From Zootoca vivipara (Eukaryota), in the NCBI RefSeq assembly GCF_963506605.1, contig NC_083288.1, positions 28,830,001 through 28,894,000 of the forward strand: 64,000 bases of DNA. Direction: 5' to 3'. Positions 1 through 10,700 of the stretch are shown one piece after another. How positions within the stretch are numbered: the stretch's first letter is position 1; every line of letters begins with the position of its first letter. The notes under the pieces were generated by a model. It saw nothing but the letters and a program-made list of their open reading frames with translations, was not told where the DNA came from and made no database searches. The translations under genes were made by a program, and so were the position numbers.

Positions 1-1
1 G

Positions 2-931
2 AAGAATAAAGGAAGGAATGGAACAAAAGTGATGGAATTCATTCTTCTTGGCTTCCCGGGATCTCAGTATTTACAGATGTCCATCTTCATGCTCTTTCTT
101 ATCATGTACATCTTGTCACTTCTGGGAAATGCGTCCATCATTGTTCTCGTAATAGCAAATCATCGTCTCCATACTCCCATGTACTTCTTCCTATGCAATC
201 TCTCCTTCCTAGAAATATGGTACACAACAGCTTCTATCCCTAAGAGTCTTGCCATCTTTCTGGGGAGGGGCAGAAGCATCTCTTTCACTGGCTGCATCAT
301 TCAGCTGTACTTTGTGTTTGCCTTAGGGTGCACAGAATACTTCCTCCTGTCTGTCATGGCTTATGACCGATATTTGGCCATATGTTACCCTCTGCGTTAC
401 AGCAGTATCATGGATAGCCAGCTTTCTTTGCAGCTGGCAGCTGGCTCTTGGCTTTGTGCATTCCTCATTATTCTTATACCAGCCACCTTAATCACAAGAT
501 TGACTTTCTGTGGTTCCAATGAGATCAATCACTTCTACTGCAACATTGATTCATGGATAGCTATTTCATGCACCAACACCTTCGAGGTTGAGATGGCAGA
601 GTTTGTTATATCCATTGTTGTCATATTGGGTCCCTGTGTGATCACCTTTCTTTCCTATATATTCATTATCAAAACCATCCTGCACATTCCTTCTGCACAA
701 AGACAGCAAAAGGCTTTCTCCACCTGTTCCTCCCATCTTGCTGTAGTGCTCATTTGGTATGGAGCCACCATCTTTCTCTTTATCAAACCATCTAATCAGA
801 TCTCTTCGGATATGAACAAAATAGTCAGCATCTTGAGCACAATTGTGACTCCATTGCTGAATCCTTTCATTTATACACTAAGAAATAAAGAGGTGAAGGA
901 CACAATTAGAAGTTCATTGCACTGGGGTTGA
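2..931 (+). CDS. Olfactory receptor OR-1 (class II, family 6/OR6F1-like); the N-terminal start lies just left of the window
   Basis: OR motifs LHTPMYFFLCNLS, MAYDRYLAICYPLRY, KAFSTCSSHL and PLLNPFIYTLRN. The frame is open from base 2 (KNKGRNGTKVMEF) and matches the N-terminus of the paralog at 25170 (MGKNNEGSQNGTKVMEF). TGA at 929-931. Confidence 0.95.
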   Translation, partial: KNKGRNGTKVMEFILLGFPGSQYLQMSIFMLFLIMYILSLLGNASIIVLVIANHRLHTPMYFFLCNLSFLEIWYTTASIPKSLAIFLGRGRSISFTGCIIQLYFVFALGCTEYFLLSVMAYDRYLAICYPLRYSSIMDSQLSLQLAAGSWLCAFLIILIPATLITRLTFCGSNEINHFYCNIDSWIAISCTNTFEVEMAEFVISIVVILGPCVITFLSYIFIIKTILHIPSAQRQQKAFSTCSSHLAVVLIWYGATIFLFIKPSNQISSDMNKIVSILSTIVTPLLNPFIYTLRNKEVKDTIRSSLHWG

Positions 932-2275
932 ACCCCACCCCACATGAGTTATGCAATTCAAAAAGGGTATAAAATAGTTTGTCGCAAACATGTGTATAGA
1001 CCAGTGGTGGGGATCTTTCAAGGGCCATGTTAGAACGATGGTACACCTTCCAATCCGGCCCATGGTCTCCAAACCTCTGTCCCACCCCACATGAAATTTT
1101 GGCTGTAAAGGGTGAGTGATTTTCTTGAGTGTTGCAGCTGGGAAGTAAAGGGTTAATGAGGATGCACTGATATTAGGGGAGAGAGTCCAATTCATGTAAA
1201 TGAGACTTTATTATAAGTTTACTTGCTGCCAAATGGGGGGAGGGTTACCCCTCATCTCAACAAATACAACCATATGCAGCAAATATGCTTTAAAATTGTC
1301 TGATTCATTATGCTGCTGTGGAGGGCAGTTTAGGGTAAGGAAGGTTATCAAACTTTTGCTTTTCAACAGTGCCACTTTCCTGAAAATGATCCAATGGCTA
1401 TTAGGCTTGCAGAAAATAGTACTGTACTTAATTGTACTGATTAGGGGAGGGAATAGGGTATGGAAGAATATGAAGGGATGAGAGAGAGAGAAGGGTCAAG
1501 TCCGTGTTAAGTATAGTGGTTAAAATAACATGGAAATGAGAATGCCAAAATATGTATTGGTGAAAAGGTTTAAAATTGGGTTTTAAAGCCAGGGAGAGCA
1601 CTCTGAGCTCTTGCTGAGTTAATGATTGTTATCTGGAAACTAATATGTGAGTGTTGTAACCTTAGATAATGTGATGAAGGTATTAGGTTACAAATCTTCA
1701 TTTTGAACGGAGTTGCTTTTGTGTCTTTCATCTCAAGGCTTTGTGAAGTCAGGACATGCAAAAGACCCTCTCTGACTGAGCAAACATACCTAGGCTAAAA
1801 TGAATGTTGTGGGAAGAGACAGACCTTTGTTCCTAGGTCTGTAGGAATTATTTCATATTTCAAAAGCTGCTGAGCCTGTGCTGGAAGCACAACACATTGT
1901 AAGGATGTTTGGATGTATAATTTACTGTATTCTGTTTTGTTTCTGAAGAGTTCTGCTAATAAAATTTGAGTAAGATTTTCATGGGTCTGGACAATGTTTC
2001 ATTTCCAAAAGGAAATCAGTGCATGAAATCCAAAAAAAAATTCATGCATCCAGTCACTTCAATCTGTACAATATTAATATTTGCAACAGTCTGTTTCTGC
2101 CAGCCAAGCAACTCCATGTCTAGAAGCTGTTGTGGCCAGCTTAGGATGGGGCAAGTTCAGGCTGCCTGGTGTGCAGGGCCACATACTTTATAGGTATTGT
2201 CTGTGCCTCTCAGCATAGCATCAAAGGAAACCAATTATCACATATCAAAGCAAGCAGATAAATATATGCACGTCT

Positions 2276-2428
2276 GGGAGAAGATAGCTCCATCAGTAGA
2301 GCATGAGATTCTTAATGTCAGGGTTGTGGGTTCGAGCCCCATGTTGGGCAAAAGATTCTTGCATTGCAGGGGGGTTGGGATAGATTACCCTTATGGTCCC
2401 TTCCATCTCTACAATTCTGGGATTCTCA
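2276..2428 (+). mobile_element. tRNA-Lys-derived SINE with CR1-type 3' tail (POM/Squam2-like)
   Basis: tRNA-like head (TAGCTCCATCAGTAGAGCATGAGATTCTTAAT...GGTTCGAGCCCC) followed by a CR1-like tail GGGGGTTGG...GGTCCCTTCCATCTCTACAATTCT. A second copy lies at 56770-56914. Confidence 0.75.
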
Positions 2429-2930
2429 CAGCAGATACCAATTAGTCCCAGGATTATATCAAATATAGAAGTGGTGTTTACAGGCCTTCCGGGACATTTT
2501 CACCATTTGGTTCTACACAGCTGGAAAGGGTGCAGTAACAACTCTCCTGATGTTGGTAGGTAGGAAGTTGCAGGGGAACAACATCTGGAAGGTCACATGC
2601 TTCCTATCCCTGGTCTGAATATTGTAAAGGAAACCAATTGTGCTCAGGCAACCTCACTGTGAAGCAGGTGATATTTTTTCTATTTCCAACAAACAGAGAA
2701 TCTCTGACATCAGGGAGGTATTTATCTACTCAGTAATTATGAAAAGCACTATTATTCATTTCATTAGTCTGCATCAACAAGAATAACAAGATATATATAA
2801 TAAGGAGCCTAAATGTTGAGCTCACATGAGAACTGGTTCCAATGTGGCACATAGGGTGGGATGGTCTATGCAAAAAGGATAGGGATAAATTTACTATCTA
2901 CTGCTACTGCTGTGAGTGCAGTGAAACATT

Positions 2931-4684
2931 ATGTTCTGCAAGTGTGGCATGGGTAGGCATGTCTATAAATGCAGACACTTGCTGTTGCCACTATTGTTGC
3001 AGCTGCAGCTCTCTCCTTTTGCCTTTACAGAAATGACAGGAAAATGCAGAAATACCCAAGAGCATTTGTATAAGCCTGGAGAAGGAATCATCGGTGGCGT
3101 TCTTTCTCTAATACAACCTTTGGAGTATTCACCCAATTTTACAGCTGTTCCCGATAGCAATCATGATGGTGCTGTGTAAGATTTGTACAGTTGTTACTAC
3201 GGCAGTAATAATTTTTGCCACATGGTATTAGATTTCTCAACAATTTAAACTGCTGAACTTCAAGAAGTGCTTTTTCATATTGTATTACTGGAGTTAATGG
3301 GAAAGCTGTAGCATTAAAATTTGTTCTTGTAATAGATTTATCAAAGGTCCAGGAGATACCAAAGATCTTTGAAGTGCTACCCACTCAAACACCTTAAACC
3401 AGGCATCCCCAAACTGCGGCCCTCCAGATGTTTTGTGCTACAACTCCCATGATCCCTAGCTAACAGGACAAGTGCTTGGGGAAGATGGGAATCGTAGTCC
3501 AAAACATCTGGAGGGCCGAAGTTTGGGGGTGCCTGCCTTAAACTATAGATCAAAAGCCTGTCCCTCATTTTCCTAAAGAAATGAAATGTTCACTGTATTC
3601 CTACTATATGATAAACATAATAAGCATGGGACTGGGGTGGGAGAGAGAAAGCAGTGCAGGGTTCATGAAGAAAGTATTCTGCCCAGCTCCAATCCCCTCA
3701 TCCCAATATGAGAGTTCCATATCTACTGTTACAAATTTTAACTCCAGCTGATCCCAAGGACAGAGTGCTGAAATTTGGCTGCATCTGCCCCAGAACAAAA
3801 TATTCTCCCCCTTCCCCTCAATTGAACATCTCTACTCACACATGCTGATTCAAAATACCCCCACCCCCCACTCACACTTATTTTTTGATCTTAACCCTCG
3901 TTTATCAAGCTAGAGTGTTTTGTTTGGCTTTGCTTTTTGGAGGCTATCTTTTATATACTTGTGCTACTAATTGTAATTTATGTTCTCTCTAATTGATGTT
4001 TCTAAGTCTCACTGTGGACCTCTTTGCAGCGTAAAGTTAAAATATTATCAACATGTCTTTGCCTTGATTTTTGCCATTCATGAGATCAATGGCAACCCAC
4101 GGCTCCTGCCCAATATCACACTGGGGTTCGATCTCTATGACAACCTGTTTAACTTCAGAAGAACATACAAGGTCATCCTGGATCTACTCTTCAAGCAGAG
4201 AAAGAATATGCCCAACTACAAGTGTGATAGGAAAGATGTATTGTCTGTTATTGGGGGATTCAGTTCAGAATATTCTATGCAGATGGCCATCATCTTAAGT
4301 AACTACAAGTTTCCACAGGTATGTGCATATCAATATATGTACGAATGAATTCAGCAGTGTTTAGTTTGCTTTTCATTGTTAGTATGTTAGTGTTGTTAAT
4401 ATTGCTTTGTGGATTATAAGTGCTGTAAAGCTTTGTGAATGTTATAATATGACTTTTCTTGCGGTTGTTTTATCTGTTTAATTTAGTATTAAAGTTGTTC
4501 TGTTAATAATGTTTTATAAAAGGTGCTTATTTTATTTATAATTTGTTAATTGTTTTACAGTCGTACCTCAGTTTAAGTAGAGATAAACAAATAAAGTAAA
4601 AACCAACTATTTACATATGTACAAAATACAAATTTTGTAGAATATTCAATACTTAGATTTATCCAATAGAGAAATGCTACCTAT

Positions 4685-4720
<36 letters not shown>

Positions 4721-7700
4721 AATGCAGCCTTTATTTGGGACCTATATATGGCACTCATCCTGTGGAATGCGCTCCCATCAGATGTCAGGGAGATTAAGAA
4801 CCACACAACTTTTAGAAGAAATCTTAAGGCAGCTGTGTATTGGGAATTTTTAAATGTTTGATGTTTTATTAGAGAGAGAGTGTGTGTGTGTGTGTGTGTG
4901 TGAAGTCACCCAGAGTGGCTGGCACAACCCAGCCAGATTTTTTTTTGGGGGGGGGGGAGTATAAAGAAAATTATTATTACGTTTATATATTGGTTAGAGT
5001 AGATCCATTTACCCAATGCACTTTCATTATTTCATTGATTTCAATGGATCTACTCTGAGTATGGCTAAAACTGGATATGACCCATTCATTTTACAGACAA
5101 AGAATTAAAAAAAAATAAGCTAATATATTTATGGAACCCTACAACAAATACCTTCGGCTATTTGTCAAGAAGCATAAGAAATACTAAATATAAGAGATAA
5201 GCTCCAGATTGTTAGCTTTTGGTACAGTTTCCTATAATTGCAGGGTGGGTTTATTATTTTCATTCTTTAGAGTTTTAAAATGATATACCTCTGTTTCTTA
5301 GCTCACTTTTGGTTCATTTGAAGCTACAGTAAGAGGCAAAAGTGATTTCCCTTTTTTGTACCGGATGGCAGCAAGAGAAACCACATATCATATGGGGATC
5401 ATTCAGCTTCTTCTGCATTTCAGATGGACATGGATTGGCCTGGTTGTATCTGAGGATGATGCTGGGGAAAACTTCGTGCAGAAACTGACTCCTTTGTTTG
5501 CCCAGAACAAAATATGTGTTGCGTTCTTGCAAAAGGGTACAGCAAATGACCTTGTTCTTAAACATAAAATTAAAAGAATCGTAATGATAGCACAAACACT
5601 TATTTTAACTCATGCCAATGTAATTATTCTCGCAATGGACTCTCTCTTATTTCATATATTAGTGTTGTCCTTAGAAGGCATTGAATTAAAGAAGAGAGTC
5701 CTAATAGGAAAGGTTTGGATCATGCCACCTCAGTGGTATTTCAGTACCACTTCCAATAAAGAATTGATTGGCAGGAACATTTTATTTGGTGCCTTTTCTT
5801 TCTCAGTCCACACAAATGTGGTGTCAGGATTCCAAGAGTTTCTTCTGAACATAAAGTTTGATAAAACACTAAAGGCATTCCTCTGTTTAGTCTGGCAATT
5901 TCCAATAAATCAGTGTGAAAACTGTAGAGTGGAGAATCTGGAGGATCATCCTTCAGATGTTTTTGAGATGGATATGTCTGGTGAGAGCCACGGTATCTAC
6001 AATGCTGTCTATGCTGTGGCACATGCTTTGCATGCTGCATATTTTTCCAGACAAAGAATAATGTTGGATAAAGGCAAAGGGGAACGTGTGAATTTTCACC
6101 CATGGAAGGTAAATAAATCACTCTGGGGCGGAATTGGCTATACTTCATGGGATAATGGGCATATTTTGAATTTTGAGAATGAGTCTTGGCCACCAGTCAC
6201 AATACGATTTCCATGGCTATTATAGGACATACTTTTGGGTTCAATGGCATCCACAGGTGCAATTTTGGCTCTCCTACCAGTACTCCAGAGAATGTCCTTG
6301 TGTAGTTGTCTGAAGCTTCTGGGGGGGTGTCTATTATTATTTTTTAGCAAATTGTTATGGGGAAAGTCTCTTAAGATGTTAAGTAAAGTATTGGGGGGGG
6401 GGTAGAATATATTTTTCTCCCTCCTCAACCTGATGAAAGAGCTTTGGAGAATATGGAATTTGCTGACTATTTTGTGACATTTTAGTTGCCCTATCAATTT
6501 TGGATTTGCTTTTGCGTGGACAGGCGGAGTCTCCCAAACCCCAGGAGACCCCTGAGCGGAATAATGACTCAAGACAACTTGCTATGGGATTAAAATTGGC
6601 CACAACTTTATTAAGATTCAGATGTAGGCAGACCTTGGCTCAGCCATTGGGCGTTTATCCTTCCCAGTCCCCAACTAGGAATCTGGGAGACTTCAGGGTT
6701 ATCCAGAATGTGTGAGAATTGGGCTGGCTCTGGAGAACATATGTTCAAGCAGAGAGCCCCCCCCCCCGTTCGCTGCCGTTGGAGGGGAGAGCAATGACAA
6801 CCTTTTGGTGTATGGACAATGCCTCCCCTCAAGACCCCTTTAACGGGGACCCTGATATTGCCATCAAAAAGGGGGCGTGGGACACAGCTCCATGCCCCCT
6901 CCCCATTTAGGAAGATAGACTAAAGGATTCCGCCCAAGGCCTGAAACCGCCAACATTGTGACATTTTGCTACGGGAAAGGCAAAACCTGCCAATGCAGGA
7001 TAATTCCTTTCCAGCCCTTCAACAGCAACCCTGACGTAGCAGTGCCCGCATACTTGTGGGAAAGTGGTTAACCTGCAAAAGAGGACTTAAATGAGGGTGT
7101 GGAGGGTGGGAGAAGCTCTGAAGCCGACTGCTGGTTCTCAGGTAAGATTCACCTCTATTGTGTGTGCTGCATGATCCCTCCCCTTACCTGGCCAATCCCC
7201 TGGCAACACCTCCCCAGGCTGGATTGGCCAATTAGTTGAGGTAGGCGGAGTCCCCAGGTATCCAGCTTGGGGAGGATGCAGCCAATCCAAACTACCAGGT
7301 AGCCACTCTGGGATCGAGAACACGCAAAGGTTGCCCACCATTTAATGTGGGGAGCGGTCATTGTAGGCCAAGGTGACTACCTTTATTTTATAAATAAAAT
7401 AAAAACCAAATAACTAACACCAATGAATTCAAACTGAGAGGTTGTAAATTGATAGGGAACTAAGGAAAATATTATTTCCCATGTTAACAGTAGTTTGTCT
7501 GTAGATATCTGAATGGATGAGAGTAATAAAATTCACTCCAGTTGATAATAATTGTAGTTTCTCCCAATCAAGTTACACAACTAATTCACATTGTTATTCC
7601 CCTTTTTGTGGAGATAAAGTGATAGAAATCTTCTGAATTTGTGCTTTGGGTCCAGTTTTAAAATGCTTGTACATTGCAGAATTGAACAGGCAGAAACAAT

Positions 7701-10700
7701 GGGTTCCATTTTATAAAATTTATTGCATTGTCTCCAAAACTAGCTCCACCCTTATCTGGAAAACATCCACTTTAACAATGGAGCTGCCCAAGAAGTCTTG
7801 TTTGAGAACAAAGAATTGAGCACTGGATATGATATCATCAACTGGGTCACTTTCCCCAATCAGTCCTACCAAAAAGTCATGGTTGGAAGGGTTTCATCAA
7901 GTCAAATGTTCAGCATTATCAATGATGCTATTGTGTGGAATAGAAGATTAAAGGAGGTAGGAACATGTTCCGTATCTTAATAGAATGGTGCTAGTCTCTG
8001 GGTTATCTGCATTGCTGCTGTGAAATCTTCAGTCCATAATTTGTCTTGAATGATCATAGACTGGTGCACTATATCTAGATAAGTTGTGTTGCGATACCGC
8101 GAACTCTCCCTGGAATAAAGAAAGACACAGGACACATTGCATAAGGTTAATGGGCGTAGAAGGCCACAACTTTATTGATTACGGATGTAGAGACGTATTG
8201 GCTTAGGCATTGGATCTAACTGTCTATATCCGACTCCAGCCCGCTCTGTTGGCAGTCTGTGAAGGGTTAACCACCATTGGGTGAGCCCTGCGATGCAGAT
8301 CAACTAGGAACTCACCCCGGGGCCACCACTAGGGGCGTGCCTTAGGCCCTCACCTACCACGGCTTCGGATATGGCCATGCTCCGGACTCCTTAAGGGAGT
8401 ACCCTTCAGCATTTTGGGGGAGGTGATGGCAGCAACCTCCCCCCCCCACCTGTAACCTTTCAGAGATAATCCAATGCCTACTGCCAAAACCAAAGTTGTG
8501 ACAAGTTGCTACGAGGTAGACGAAAACCATCAGGCCAGAGCCAATTTGCCAAGTGGAAAAATTCCAACCAGGCCCCTCAACGGCGACCAGCTGAGGTCCA
8601 TAGCAATGTTGGAAGGAGAGACCTGCCTAGTGGGAGGGTGGGCGGGAAAACACAGCAGCTGGGGGTCCTGCGAGAGAAAACAGGCCGATTCCTTGCCACA
8701 CGCTCGCTTAAATCAGTGAAACACGGCCCCTGGTGCGTCCTGATCGGATGCGCCAAGGGAGCGCCGCGGCAGGGAGCCGGCCAATGGGCTGGGGGGGGGG
8801 AGGGCAACCATTCCCCCACCACGTGTAGGCTTCGTGGTGCCCACAATCTCCCCTCCTCCTACAGCGGTAGGGACCTTCCAATAAGGTGTTTCTCTGCAAC
8901 AGACCATGTTGAATTCTAGGCAAGCCATGTGGCAGGGAATTCTTTGGGTCCCTGGCTAGTGGTGCTGGCAGTATTTGAGTCTCTGTTGACCCTGGGAGAC
9001 AATCAGCACCCATGGCTGACTCCTAGAGGCAGAGATGGGGCATAGGCCTGATGGAAAACTGCACTTCCTTAGTTCGTACCATGACTGTAAAAAAAGAAGA
9101 AGCCTAGGCTGTGATAGCTTAAGTCCTGCTGTCATTCACACACACACACACACCTACCTTTATCACAGCAAGGCTTTAATTCATAAGCCTGACTCACATA
9201 TGTCACAACTCAGCCAGGGAGGAAATTGGGCAGAGTCTCCCAAACTGGTATTGTTTGAGGCATAGAGCTGGAAAACAAATGTCACACACTTAGGTTCCTG
9301 TGGGACCCATCTGATTCTGCTCTATTAGTCATATACCCTTTTGACTGAAGGGACACAGGTGGCACTGTGGTCTAAACCACTGAGTCTCTTGGGCTTGCCG
9401 ATCGGAAGGTCGGCGGTTTGAATCTGTGCAATGGTGGTGACCTCAGCTTCTGCCAATCTAGTAGTTACAAAACATACCAGTGCAAGTATATTAATAGGTA
9501 CCACTGCAGTGGGAAGGTAAATTGCATTTCTGTGCACTCTGGCACTCATCATGGTGCCCTGTTGCACCAGAAGTGGTATAGTCATGCTGGCTACATGGCC
9601 CAGAAAGCTGTCTGTGGACAAACACCGGCTCCTTCAGCCTGAAAAGTGAGATGAGCGCCACACCCCATAGTCACCTTTGATTGGACTTAACTGTCCAGAG
9701 GTCCTTTACCTTTTACATTTTTACCCTTTTGATAAATACACTTCCTTCCTTTCTCAATGAACTGCAAGGTAAATCAGTACAGGAATGCATTTCTTAATGT
9801 ATATGCACACATAATAAGTGCTGCAGTTTGTTTGGCCACTGTAAAGTACACTATGATGAGAGGTGGTGGATGGGTGACCCAGGCAAGCTGCACAGGGCCA
9901 GTGGAAATAGGCTACAGAAGCCTCCCAAAAGCAGCTCTGCTTATTTGCCTCATCTACCTGCTCCGGGATTCCGAAGCAGCAGCACAGGGAAGAGAAAGCG
10001 GTGGCCAGCCAACCAATCACAGCTACCTTCTGCATGGGCCAAACTAACTCTTCAGCACTACCACTGAAAAGGACCTGTCTGGTTTCATGCAATGATATGA
10101 TATAAAGGGCAGCCTCTGAAGCTGATGGTAAGTGGTGGGTCTACAACTCTCATGTGATTGGTCAGGGTTCTGAGGTGAGAAATTATATGTTTTTATGAAC
10201 AGATGCCACCACGGTCCACATGTGTCAAAAGCTGCCATACTGGACACAGCAAAATTGTTCAAGAAGGAAAACCAGCCTGTTGCTACGACTGCACTCCGTG
10301 CTCAGAAAGCATGATTTCTAACAAGAAGGGTATGTAGCAATATAAAGATATGCACAGGGAAATTTCTGCATAGTGGTGTACTTGGTATGGAACACAGCAC
10401 AGCAACAAATGGGTTAAAAATTGCTCCTTGTACAGTATATTCCTAATCCTAATCGGGAGGACCCCCAAGAAATTCATGATTTTAAAGGATTCACATATAG
10501 CGGTACCTCTAGTTGCGGACATGATCCATTCCGGGGTGCCGTTCGCACCCCGGAAAGTCCGTAACTAGAGCGGCGCTTCTGTGCAAGCGTGGAGTGCAAT
10601 AGAGTGCTTCTGCACATGCGTGAAGTGCGCAGAACGCTTCTGCGATTGCATGCGTGGTGAAACCCAGAAGTATACACTTCCAGGTTTGCTGTGTTTGCAA

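Noticed and set aside
2283-2350. tRNA-Lys-like sequence as a tRNA gene
   Set aside because: The stems are degenerate and it runs straight into a CR1-type tail, with a second copy at 56770. It is a SINE head.
6431-6460. Other CTGATGA hits (6431, 27963, 46578, 49820) as hammerheads
   Set aside because: No correctly spaced stem II plus GAAA plus UH cleavage site.
7183-7200. U1 snRNA gene or pseudogene
   Set aside because: Only ~10 nt match the U1 5' end; no U1 stem-loops or Sm site follow.
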